A stretch of 63,856 bases of DNA, the filler included. It is 5 parts of 5 records of this genome, joined end to end, with 100 filler letters (N's around TTAATTAATTAA, not from the genome) between each part and the next. Parts side by side here need not be neighbours in the genome. Positions count along the whole stretch, not along the records: positions 49,302 to 58,462 come from SRR22947727_5827; positions 58,563 to 63,856 come from SRR22947727_6005; 3 more parts are not named here. One strand, written 5' to 3'. The notes under the pieces are model-generated. The model saw only the letters and a list, made by a program, of their open reading frames with translations, was not told the DNA's origin and searched no databases. How positions within the stretch are numbered: position 1 is the stretch's first letter; each line of letters opens with the position of its first letter. Positions 49,879-59,329 of the stretch are shown here, piece by piece. The position numbers and the translations under genes are program-made.

Positions 49879-52800
49879 GTGGGAGTCTTTTCACCACCAT
49901 TCGCCCATTTGCACGTAGCTTCCAGCCATTCACTTCGGTACGGCGCCACTCTGCCGGAACTACTCGTGCAACGCAGTGCCGAACTTGGTCAGTCGATCGT
50001 CGCTCTTACCGACCGAGACGGCTTGTACGCGGCGGTCCGGTGGGTACGTGAGTGTTCCCGGCTGGGCATACGACCGGTACTCGGAGTGGATATCGCGGTC
50101 GAGGCAACCCAGGCGGCGCGGGTGCATCCGGACGTGCAGGCACGGACACCGGCGCGCGGGGGTCGGTGGATTGATGAGACACGTCCACGAGTCCTTTTGC
50201 TCGCGACGGGTTCGCGAGGGTGGGCATCACTGTGTCGTCTTGTGAGTGCTGCACACATCGGCGATCACACCGCGCGCGGTGAACCGTGGGTGCCGTGGTC
50301 GGCGTTGCGCGAGCACAGCGAGGGGATAGTCGTCATTCTTGGTGCGGACTCCGAGGTTGGTCGATATCTCGCAGATGAGCGAGCGACTCTCGCTGAGGCG
50401 GCGACGCGGCCGTGGCGTGCGGTGTTCGATCGGTATCTCGCTATCGGTGTCACGTCCCATCGGCAGCCGGGTTTTCCGCTGCGTCGTCGACATCGATACT
50501 CCACAGCGACGGCAGCGCGCATGCTGGGATGGGCGCGTGAGCAGCGGTTGCCTGCTGTTGTAACTAACGCGGTGCGATACGCCCATCCCAATCAAGCCGG
50601 TATCGCCGAGGTGCTGGATGCCTCTCGATTGCTTGTGCCGTTGAGTTCGCCACGGCTCGAGCGCCAGCAGGGAGCCCACGCGTACGTGAAATCAGGGCAG
50701 GAAATGGCGGAGATCGCAGCGGAGATCGCCCACGCGTCAGGGGGACAAGGCGAACGCGGTGGACAACGCCTACTAGAAGATACGTGGCATCTCGCGCAGT
50801 ACTGCGCACTCGACTCCGGGCGAGATCTGGGCCTAGGAGAGGTTTTCGTTCCCGAGCTCGACGTGCTGCTGGGAAGGGAGATTCCCGACCCGGTTGCAGA
50901 GGCCGCGACTTTATTGCGCCATCGATGTGCTGCAGCGATACCCGACCGCTACTCGAAAGAAGAAAGAAGCCAAGCCGAGCATCGACTCGACGCCGAACTG
51001 CGAACCATCACGAGTCTCGGTTTTTCTGGATATTTCCTCACCGTCGCCGAGGTGGTCGACATGGTTCGAGACCGAGGAATACGGGTGGCTGCGCGTGGAT
51101 CCGGCGCTGGAAGTCTCGTTACCCATCTCTTGGGGATCAGTGGCGTTGATCCCATTCGCCACGGATTGTTGATGGAGCGGTTCTTGTCACCGCTTCGACG
51201 AGTACTCCCGGATATCGATATCGACGTCGAATCAGCCCGACGATTGGAGGTCTACGACCTCATTCGCGATCGATTCGGTGATGACCGGGTCGCAAGCGTC
51301 TCGATGATGGAGACCTATCGCGTGCGACATGCCGTTCGAGATGTTGGTGCCGCACTCGGTATGGACGTGGGAGAAGTTGATGCATTCGCAAAGGCGTTTC
51401 CGCATGTTCGTGCTCGACAAGCTCGCAGTGCACTGAGTGATCTTCCCGAGTTGCGGAACTCTCACATAGGACAACTCGCGAATGATGGACAGCTCGACCA
51501 TTTCCTCGACCTCGTCGAAGGCCTCGATGGGTTACCCCGAGATATCGCCATGCACCCGTGTGGCGTGGTCCTCTCCGATGCCACGCTGCTCGATCGAACC
51601 CCCGTGGAGAGCAGCGCCGCGGGCTATCACATGAGTCATTTCGATAAACACGATGTTGAGCACATGGGCCTACTCAAACTCGATGTTCTCGGGGTTCGAA
51701 TGCAGTCGGCGATCGCGCACGCGATCGCCGAGGCTGAGAACAACACGGGGCAGAGCATCGAACTCGATGATCGTCAACTTGATGATCCGAAAACATTCGA
51801 GCTCATCCGATCGACCAAGACCTTGGGGTGCTTCCAAATCGAGTCACCGGGTCAGCGTGAACTTCTCGGCAAGTTCGCACCCGATCGTTTCTCTGATTTG
51901 ATCATCGACATATCGCTGTTTCGCCCAGGACCGGTCAAATCAGACATGGTTACGCCATTCCTTATGGCTCGGCAGGGGTGGTGTGCTCCGGAGTACCCGC
52001 ACTCCGATCTTGAATCGATATTGCATGAGACCTATGGAGTGGTGGTATTCCACGAGCAAGTGCTGCGCATCATCGCAACTATGACGGGATGTTCTCTCGC
52101 CGAAGCCGATGAATGCCGACGCAGTATGGGATCACCGGACGGGCAAGACGACGTCCGAGCGTGGTTCTACCCAACCGCCATCAACCACGGTTACGACGTC
52201 CCGACTGTCGAGCGAGTGTGGGAGATTCTTCGGGCATTCGCGTCCTTCGGCTTCTGTAAGGCGCACGCAGCAGCCTTCGCGCTCCCCACGTATCAATCTG
52301 CATGGCTCAAGGCGCACTATCCAGCGGCCTTCTATTGCGGAATATTGACGCACGATCCGGGTATGTATCCCAAAAGGCTCTTACTCGACGACGCACGAGT
52401 GCACGGAATCCGAGTCCTAGGTATCAACGTCAATATTTCGGGTGACGCCTATCAAGTGGAGGGAGCGGACGCACAAGCTATTCGAGTTCCCCTGACTGAA
52501 GTCGCGGGTATCAGTGAGCGTGAAGTCCAAAGGTTGATCGATCGGCGCCCTTTTTCCTCGCTCTCCGACGCGATAGGGCGAGCAGAGTTGTCGCGACCGG
52601 TTGCAGAAAACCTGGTGGTGACAGGGGCATTCGACGCATTGCATCCCTCACCCGTTACTCGCCGAGATCTGTTGCTGCAGGTCGCCGATATCGACAGACA
52701 CACACGGTCGACGGGTATCGATACGCAGTTGTCGTTCGATCTCCTCGGATCAACAGCTGAATACGTTCCGATTACGGGACTACCGGAAATGAAAGCAAGC

Positions 52801-53406
52801 GACCGAGTTCGATCGGAGATGTCGGTCCTGGGCTTGGACGTCAGCGCCCATGTGGTGGATTTCTACAAGGATCTATTGAGCGAGATGCGCGCCACTGCTG
52901 CCTGCGATCTACTGAAGCAAAGATCCGGTAGTGACGTATGGGTCGCTGGTGTCAAAGTCGCAATTCAAAGTCCCCCCGTGCGTAGTGGGCGGCGAGTGAT
53001 CTTCGTAACCCTCGATGACTCCACGGGCCCCATCGATGCGGCCTTCTTTGATGATGTCCAAGAGAACTACTCATCGACGTTGTTCAACTCCTGGTTGCTC
53101 ATCATTCGTGGGCGCCTTCGGCGATCCGGGCCGCGAGGAGTGTCGATGCGAGCCACTGGTTGCTGGGACCTCGGGGATGTGCGGCGACTGTGGAAAGACG
53201 AAGGGATGGATGCTGTGCGCTCGTTATTGACCTATGACCCTGCTTCCGAGCAGGCGCAGGATGTTCAAACAGGGCCACGGAAAGTGTTGGTGCATGCAAG
53301 TGGTTTCCAGCAATCTCCCTACGCCGACATCACTCCCGCCGGAGTTTCCGTGAATCGTCCGCCGGGGAAGTTTTGGCACTCCAGCCCGGGAGTGGGGGGT
53401 GGCTAG
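49879..53406 (+). CDS. dnaE2: Accessory (DnaE2-like) DNA polymerase III alpha subunit
   Basis: PHP (FAHLHVAS, LTDRDG), RGSGAGS, PDIDID, HPCG, LKLDVLG, FGFCKAHA, OB fold; C-terminal WHSSPG. Confidence 0.85.
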   Translation: MGVFSPPFAHLHVASSHSLRYGATLPELLVQRSAELGQSIVALTDRDGLYAAVRWVRECSRLGIRPVLGVDIAVEATQAARVHPDVQARTPARGGRWIDETRPRVLLLATGSRGWASLCRLVSAAHIGDHTARGEPWVPWSALREHSEGIVVILGADSEVGRYLADERATLAEAATRPWRAVFDRYLAIGVTSHRQPGFPLRRRHRYSTATAARMLGWAREQRLPAVVTNAVRYAHPNQAGIAEVLDASRLLVPLSSPRLERQQGAHAYVKSGQEMAEIAAEIAHASGGQGERGGQRLLEDTWHLAQYCALDSGRDLGLGEVFVPELDVLLGREIPDPVAEAATLLRHRCAAAIPDRYSKEERSQAEHRLDAELRTITSLGFSGYFLTVAEVVDMVRDRGIRVAARGSGAGSLVTHLLGISGVDPIRHGLLMERFLSPLRRVLPDIDIDVESARRLEVYDLIRDRFGDDRVASVSMMETYRVRHAVRDVGAALGMDVGEVDAFAKAFPHVRARQARSALSDLPELRNSHIGQLANDGQLDHFLDLVEGLDGLPRDIAMHPCGVVLSDATLLDRTPVESSAAGYHMSHFDKHDVEHMGLLKLDVLGVRMQSAIAHAIAEAENNTGQSIELDDRQLDDPKTFELIRSTKTLGCFQIESPGQRELLGKFAPDRFSDLIIDISLFRPGPVKSDMVTPFLMARQGWCAPEYPHSDLESILHETYGVVVFHEQVLRIIATMTGCSLAEADECRRSMGSPDGQDDVRAWFYPTAINHGYDVPTVERVWEILRAFASFGFCKAHAAAFALPTYQSAWLKAHYPAAFYCGILTHDPGMYPKRLLLDDARVHGIRVLGINVNISGDAYQVEGADAQAIRVPLTEVAGISEREVQRLIDRRPFSSLSDAIGRAELSRPVAENLVVTGAFDALHPSPVTRRDLLLQVADIDRHTRSTGIDTQLSFDLLGSTAEYVPITGLPEMKASDRVRSEMSVLGLDVSAHVVDFYKDLLSEMRATAACDLLKQRSGSDVWVAGVKVAIQSPPVRSGRRVIFVTLDDSTGPIDAAFFDDVQENYSSTLFNSWLLIIRGRLRRSGPRGVSMRATGCWDLGDVRRLWKDEGMDAVRSLLTYDPASEQAQDVQTGPRKVLVHASGFQQSPYADITPAGVSVNRPPGKFWHSSPGVGGG

Positions 53407-53492
53407 ATAGACCAGCCACCCCTCCGCCCTCGGCCTACACGAGTTCGCAGAAGCGCTGACTCGGCTCGGATGAACTGTTGTTGTGTTAAGGA

Positions 53493-53924
53493 CTATTCGC
53501 TTGAGGGAACGTTCGACCGAGAGTCGGCGTTCCAGTTGCGCAACCCACTGATGAAAAGGAGTGTCGCCAGAATGATGGTGAAGGGGATCCAAAATACCAA
53601 GCCGCCCAATTCCGCGTCATTGTTCAAAAAGACAACCACGGAACTTATGGGGAGAACGAGGAATCCGATCGTTATCACGGTCAAGATGCGAGCCCGGACC
53701 TGCCGTCCAGGAATAAAGATCAATGTGAACAAAGCCATGATGGGAAAAGCCAAGAATGCGAATTGCAAAGCCAACTCGTACGCGGCGTCATGCCCCAGGA
53801 CGTTTCCTGCGCCCCAAGTTTCTTCCGCGGTGGCCTCCGAATCAAACATTCCACCCAGGGATCCAAGTGCTACGACAATGATGAATACGGTCAGCCAGAC
53901 GGTTGGGTTAAAGACTTTTTTCAC
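53493..53924 (-). CDS. Four-helix membrane protein of unknown function
   Basis: GGAGGAGGAG RBS before GTG 53924; four hydrophobic segments. Confidence 0.75.
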   Translation of the reverse strand: MKKVFNPTVWLTVFIIVVALGSLGGMFDSEATAEETWGAGNVLGHDAAYELALQFAFLAFPIMALFTLIFIPGRQVRARILTVITIGFLVLPISSVVVFLNNDAELGGLVFWIPFTIILATLLFISGLRNWNADSRSNVPSSE

Positions 53925-54090
53925 GACTCCTCCTCCGTTGAGCGTCACAGGGATATGTGAAAGCTCCCAAACGTAGTGGTCGGATCCCGCTCAACGGCGC
54001 AAGAAAGACCACTCGTAGGTCACTCAAATTCAGGTATTCCAGTCCTGGTGTCTCCGGCTGGTAGAAGCGACAGGAAGGGATGATGCGGGT

Positions 54091-55308
54091 ATGAGCCGTA
54101 GCCAGGTTCGTCGGTCTCAAGGGTTGGGCAACTTCGGTGATGACGACACCGGAACGACGATCCTGCATGTGGATATGGATGCTTTCTACGCGTCCGTCGA
54201 ATTACTCAATTATCCGGAACTTGCAGGTACGCCCGTCGTCGTGGGGGCCAGCACCGGTAATCGCGGAGTCGTTCTGTCCGCCACCTATGAGGCCCGAGCG
54301 CTGGGAATTCACTCCGCGATGCCTATTTCTCGAGCACGACGTCTGGCACCGCAGGCAACATTTATCCCTCCGCACCACGATAAGTACGCGCAGGCGTCGC
54401 GAGAAGTGATGGACATCTTTGGATCCATCACCCCGATCGTTGAGCCGCTGTCTCTTGACGAAGCCTTTCTCGATGTCGCCGGGGCGATTCGTCGCCTGGG
54501 GAGACCCATTTCCATCGCAACGCTCATTCGAAATCGAGTCCGTGATGAGGTTGGCATTACGTGCTCTGTCGGGGTGGCGTCGAGCAAGTTCGTCGCCAAG
54601 CTCGCCTCCACGCACAGCAAGCCGGACGGACTGCTCCTCATCCCGCACGCCAAGGTCATCGAATTCCTTCACCCACTCCCCGTCGGCGCCTTATGGGGTG
54701 TGGGAGAGCGAACCGAAGAACAATTGGTGCGCCTCGGATTGGAAACCGTCGGCGACATCGCCGAGACACCCGTGGCCACCTTGGAGCGAGCCCTCGGCAC
54801 GGCACAGGGTCGTCATCTTCACGATCTCTCCTGGGGCACAGATCCTCGGGCCGTCATTCCCAATGAGCCGGAGAAAAGCATCGGGAACGAAGAGACATTC
54901 GATTCGGACACCGATGATCACGAGTGGATTCGCTCGCGGATCGCCGGACTCTCCGACCAGGTAGCGCGTCGCTTGCGGGCATCCCAATCGGTTGCCCGGA
55001 CCGTTGGTCTGAAAGTGCGTTTCGCAGACTTCACCACCATCACCCGGTCCCGGACCCTCGACGTGTCCACCGATGTCGGTGCCGACATCTACGCCACGGC
55101 CTGGTCGCTGTTCGGTGCGCTGGGTCTTCAGCGAGCGAGAATCCGACTCGTTGGGGTGCGAGTGGAGGGCCTAACGCCTACCGACGAGACCCCCACCCAA
55201 CTCGCCCTGGACACCCCCGACCGTGGCCATCGCGACGCCGAGGTAGCCATGGATCGACTGCGGCAGCGATACGGCCCCGGAGCGATTCGTCCGGGCCGGG
55301 TCCACTGA
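54091..55308 (+). CDS. dinB: DNA polymerase IV (Y family)
   Basis: LHVDMDAFYASVE, ATYEAR, SLDEAFLD, KPDG, RLVGV, QLAL clamp-like motif. Confidence 0.95.
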   Translation: MSRSQVRRSQGLGNFGDDDTGTTILHVDMDAFYASVELLNYPELAGTPVVVGASTGNRGVVLSATYEARALGIHSAMPISRARRLAPQATFIPPHHDKYAQASREVMDIFGSITPIVEPLSLDEAFLDVAGAIRRLGRPISIATLIRNRVRDEVGITCSVGVASSKFVAKLASTHSKPDGLLLIPHAKVIEFLHPLPVGALWGVGERTEEQLVRLGLETVGDIAETPVATLERALGTAQGRHLHDLSWGTDPRAVIPNEPEKSIGNEETFDSDTDDHEWIRSRIAGLSDQVARRLRASQSVARTVGLKVRFADFTTITRSRTLDVSTDVGADIYATAWSLFGALGLQRARIRLVGVRVEGLTPTDETPTQLALDTPDRGHRDAEVAMDRLRQRYGPGAIRPGRVH

Positions 55309-55448
55309 CGGCTGTACCTACCGGGGTGCGGGTTTCCCTCGAAGTCGATTGCCACTTATCCTGAGAGCGACCGCCAGGAGGCGTGGTCGAGGACCGTGGG
55401 GCACAATAACTGCAAGATACGACCACGAGATGTTGAGAGGGGGCCGCC

Positions 55449-55865
55449 ATGCCGCTGTCAGAGCATGAGCAACGTCTGCTTGAGCAGATGGAAAAAGCCC
55501 TCTACGCCGAAGACCCTAAGTTCGCGACGAGTCTGCAGTCTCGTGGTGGGGCCGCTAGTCGATCCCGAGCGGCGTTGGGTGTTCTCGCGATTCTCGGTGG
55601 CCTCGGCATTGTGCTGGCCGGCATGGCCGTTCCTCTCGCGATTCTCGGCGTGGTGGGCTTCGTGGTCATGTTGGCTGGAGCCGTACTCATTTACTTCGCC
55701 TTCACCCGGCGGTCATCGGCCGCGGCCGAGGACGGCGAAAAAGGCACCGACGATGCCTCTGCTGCAGCCCCACCCGCCGTTGACGACAAGCAAGGTGGAC
55801 GCTCAAGCGGCTTCATGGACCGGATGGAAGAGCGCTGGCGCAAGCGCGCCGATGGCGATCGCTGA
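55449..55865 (+). CDS. DUF3040 family membrane protein
   Basis: MPLSEHEQRLLEQME..LYAEDPKFA, two TMs, FMDRMEERW. Confidence 0.9.
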   Translation: MPLSEHEQRLLEQMEKALYAEDPKFATSLQSRGGAASRSRAALGVLAILGGLGIVLAGMAVPLAILGVVGFVVMLAGAVLIYFAFTRRSSAAAEDGEKGTDDASAAAPPAVDDKQGGRSSGFMDRMEERWRKRADGDR

Positions 55866-55877
55866 CATGATGGGACG

Positions 55878-56405
55878 ATGAATAACGTCGTTCCCGCCCA
55901 ACTGGGCCGCTTCTTCGAAGACTTCGAGGTTGGCACCACATACCAGCACCCCTTCGGGCGGACGATCTGCGAAGCGGACTCCACATGGTTCACCCTGCTG
56001 ACCTGCAACACCAACCAGAACCACTTCAACGCCGATCTCGCCCAGAGTAACCCCATCACCGAAGGACGGATCATCGTGAACTCGGGGCTCACCGTGGCCT
56101 TGGTTCTCGGCCTGTCGGTCATCGATATGAGTCAAAACGCCGTGGCCAATCTGGGCTGGACCGACATCAAACTCACCCACCCCGTCTATATCGGGGACAC
56201 GATCTACGCCGAGAGTCTGTGCTTGGAAGCGCGGGAGTCGTCGTCGCGACCCGAGATGGGCATCATCCGCATGAAGACTCGGGGTTTGAATCAGGACGGA
56301 GACGAGGTTGTTTCGTGGTTCCGCTCCGTCATGGTTCCCAAGCGGGCCAGTGGCATCGGACAGGACTACTTTCCGAAAGCTACGAACGGCCCTTTGACGG
56401 AGTAA
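55878..56405 (+). CDS. MaoC-family dehydratase (hot-dog fold)
   Basis: GRFFEDFEVG, D..WF..LT.N....H, ANLGW, HPVYIGDT. Confidence 0.88.
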   Translation: MNNVVPAQLGRFFEDFEVGTTYQHPFGRTICEADSTWFTLLTCNTNQNHFNADLAQSNPITEGRIIVNSGLTVALVLGLSVIDMSQNAVANLGWTDIKLTHPVYIGDTIYAESLCLEARESSSRPEMGIIRMKTRGLNQDGDEVVSWFRSVMVPKRASGIGQDYFPKATNGPLTE

Positions 56406-56414
56406 CGAGCCTGG

Positions 56415-57065
56415 ATGATGGTGGCTATGTCTGATCGCGAAGTGGTCGTTGTTTCTCGACCCTACGAGCCCGAGGGCGATTCGCTGTCGCTTGCTCGTGA
56501 TTTGGCGGCAAGCACGTTCGGCCTGGTGGTCTACAGCACTCAGACCGCCGTTGCCCTGACTGAGGCAACCTTGCGTTCCGTTGTCGGATCGGTTCTCGAC
56601 AAGACCGTTCCTGCCATCGCCGACGCCATCATCTCGAGGATCGATCTCACCGACATTGTCGTGCGGCAGGTGGATCTGCAGTCGATCATCCTTCGTGCTT
56701 TAGATGAGATTGACATAACGCAAATCGTGATGGACCGAGTGGATGTCGACGAGATCGTCGGAAAAACCGACCTTGACGCAGTGATCGATCGGATTCCTAT
56801 GCTGCAGATCGCGGACTACATCATCGAGGAGATCGACCTTCCGCAGATCATCCGCGAGAGCACGGGCGGCGTCGCCCTCGACGCTTTCACCACCACCCGC
56901 GTGTCGGCTATCCGGGCCGACGAGATCATCTCAACGATGGTGGACGCCGTCCTGTTGCGACGGCTGCGTCAACGTGAACGCAAACTCACGGTTTCCGGCG
57001 GCGAATCCGACTCCGAGTCCGAGCCCGATTCGCGAGCAGAAACGACCGAAGAGTCTGGGCGATGA
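56415..57065 (+). CDS. Hypothetical acidic protein with [IV]DLxx[IV][IV]xR repeats
   Basis: Co-oriented; ATGA overlap with RDD gene. Confidence 0.75.
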   Translation: MMVAMSDREVVVVSRPYEPEGDSLSLARDLAASTFGLVVYSTQTAVALTEATLRSVVGSVLDKTVPAIADAIISRIDLTDIVVRQVDLQSIILRALDEIDITQIVMDRVDVDEIVGKTDLDAVIDRIPMLQIADYIIEEIDLPQIIRESTGGVALDAFTTTRVSAIRADEIISTMVDAVLLRRLRQRERKLTVSGGESDSESEPDSRAETTEESGR

Positions 57066-57679
57066 CGTCTTTTGGGCAATACCGCGACCATCACGATGCG
57101 CAAGGACCGCCGGTCTTGGAGACCGTGCCCGCTGCCGGACGTCGTTATCAAGGCGACCGTGCGGGGTTCGTCATCCGGGCGATCGCCGCTGTCTTGGACG
57201 TCGTCTTCGTCGGCATCGTCGTGGTGCTCTTATGGGTGGGGCTGTGGTTATTCCTTCTCATTTTCAACCCCGTCATCAATCCCGATCTCACAGTAGAAGT
57301 CACTCCACCGTCGGGCTACTTCCTGCTCGCCGGATACCTCCTGATGTGGTTGTACTGGACATGGATGTGGGCGACGAACGGCCGAAGTTTGGGCCAATAC
57401 CTGATGGGGTTGAGGGTGGTCGGACGTCAAGGCCGTCACTTCGGGTGGAAGCTGGCGATGCTGCGGTCTGGATTCTGTGCTGTCTTCCCTCCAGGGTTGG
57501 TGTGGGCGATCATCAGTCCACGCAATAGGTCCGTCCAAGACGTCATGCTGCGCACCAGCGTGATTCACGACTGGTCATCTTCATCATCGGCGTCATCATC
57601 GTCAGAGTCATCATCGTCCGAGTCATCGCCCGCGCCATCGCCCGCCCCGACTTCGTCACCGTCGGACGCCGGTGAATAG
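57062..57679 (+). CDS. RDD-family membrane protein
   Basis: AGFVIRAIAAVLD, GRSLGQYLMGLRVV, RSVQD....TSVI; Ser-rich tail. Confidence 0.85.
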   Translation: MTSFGQYRDHHDAQGPPVLETVPAAGRRYQGDRAGFVIRAIAAVLDVVFVGIVVVLLWVGLWLFLLIFNPVINPDLTVEVTPPSGYFLLAGYLLMWLYWTWMWATNGRSLGQYLMGLRVVGRQGRHFGWKLAMLRSGFCAVFPPGLVWAIISPRNRSVQDVMLRTSVIHDWSSSSSASSSSESSSSESSPAPSPAPTSSPSDAGE

Positions 57680-58418
57680 AACGCGCCGTCATCGCACGGC
57701 GAGTGCGGCCCTCGCGTGTGTGTGCGCGTGTGTGTTCTCCTGGTTGGGCGTGCCCGCTCACGCGGAGATCGTTCAGAGCCCCGCCGGATCCACGGCGTCG
57801 GTCCAGGTGTCGGTGACGCTCGACAACGATTGGCAGTTCGTCGACGCCGAGTGCCTGTTCATTCCGCTACTGGTGACCTACGGCCGCGCGGATGACACGT
57901 CGATCTTGGGAGAGACGACGGTGACGAAAGTCGGTAGTGAGAGTGTTCGTAACGAAGGCACCTTTCTGGTGCTGCCGGGAGACGCCGTCTCGGGGCAGCT
58001 GCTGGACGAGATATTCGTCTGCCCCGCCGACGGCACGGGGGAGTATCGCCTCTCGACCGTTGTTCGTGCGATCGAACCGGCAAGCGAGGACAGCGTCGAG
58101 TTGGACCCCTTGACTTTCTGGGTGCGTCCGGCATCGTCCCGCCTCAGCCGAGTGACGGCCGTTTCTGTCCACGAGGGGACGCGTGTCCGCGGTCGCGCGA
58201 CGGCGAGCGATTCGGTCGGTAGGTCGGCGGCCACCGGCGTGGTGGAAATTCGGTTCGCCAAGAACCGGCGCTGGGGCGCGCCGTACTACGCATCCGTCAC
58301 CGACGGGCGCTTCGACCAGGTGATCCCGCAGTCGATTACCCCCGGAACGCGCATGAAGGCGACACTCACCCGATGCTCGTGGTGCTCACGGGCATCGCGA
58401 ACGGCCCGGGTGCGGTAA
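57672..58418 (+). CDS. Secreted hypothetical protein
   Basis: Signal peptide ending AHA, beta-rich Cys-containing mature part. Confidence 0.65.
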   Translation: MNRTRRHRTASAALACVCACVFSWLGVPAHAEIVQSPAGSTASVQVSVTLDNDWQFVDAECLFIPLLVTYGRADDTSILGETTVTKVGSESVRNEGTFLVLPGDAVSGQLLDEIFVCPADGTGEYRLSTVVRAIEPASEDSVELDPLTFWVRPASSRLSRVTAVSVHEGTRVRGRATASDSVGRSAATGVVEIRFAKNRRWGAPYYASVTDGRFDQVIPQSITPGTRMKATLTRCSWCSRASRTARVR

Positions 58419-58462
58419 GACGAGCGCGATAAGACGAGCGCGATAGGACGAGCGCGATAGGA
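58416..58462. repeat. 14-bp tandem repeat at contig end
   Basis: TA(A/G)GACGAGCGCGA x3 plus partial copy. Confidence 0.85.
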
Positions 58463-58562
58463 NNNNNNNNNNNNNNNNNNNNNNNNNNNNNNNNNNNNNN
58501 NNNNNNTTAATTAATTAANNNNNNNNNNNNNNNNNNNNNNNNNNNNNNNNNNNNNNNNNNNN
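58463..58562. other. Artificial contig linker
   Basis: 44 N + TTAATTAATTAA + 44 N. Confidence 0.98.
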
Positions 58563-59224
58563 TGCCGCCAATAGCGCGGCCAACCACCGGGAGGGTCAAC
58601 CGCCTCAAATAAAGTTCCAGTTGGCAAAAAGTTTGAATAATCAATTTGTTGATAAGTTTTCCCATCAGACCCCATCACCGCCAAGACCCAATCTTGCATC
58701 TGCCCATGCCATGCAATGCCACAAGCCGCATCCTCGCCCTGTGCTGTCGCGCAGGCTTCGATGACTGAGACCCGCGCGCCCAAAAGATCTGCAACCGAGG
58801 CGATAGCCTTGGCGCGCTGGGGGCTTGCGGTCCTGTCTGAGGGAGGGCGCATCCACATGCTGGCCGGCGCAGTTGTCACCTGCGCGCCCCAACCGGCCTC
58901 GCCCTGTGCAAACTCCTGAAGGCCGTAATAGCCATTCGCATCATCCGCGACCATGGCAACACCCTCACCTAAGCCCTTAAGATCTTGGGATTGGCACAGT
59001 TTATTGAAAAGATGACTCACACCGAGACCCAGCCAAATCTCTTGGCTCTTCTGTGAGAATACAACCATGTGATGAGAGTCTTGGAAGTAATCGGGATGCG
59101 CCTCATCAACCTGTTCGGACTGAGCAGAAAACCCTTGGCGCTCCAACCAATCCAGAGGCGCTGGCGCGCGCCATCGCCCCATCCAATCAAATCTTCGAAC
59201 CAAACATCCAATATTTAAGGACAT
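58563..59224 (-). CDS. Hypothetical protein (3' truncated)
   Basis: Open ~220-codon frame downstream of argF; no motif recognised. Confidence 0.55.
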
Positions 59225-59329
59225 GAAAGATCACTCTATGAGAAACGTCCCTCTCTCCTTAACCCTTAATCCGCAAACAACCAGAGCCAAGCAGCAACTT
59301 TACCTAAAATCATGCCCCAAGCGGCCTGT

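Noticed and set aside
58416-58462. Terminal repeats as a CRISPR array
   Set aside because: 14-bp head-to-tail units with no spacers and no cas genes
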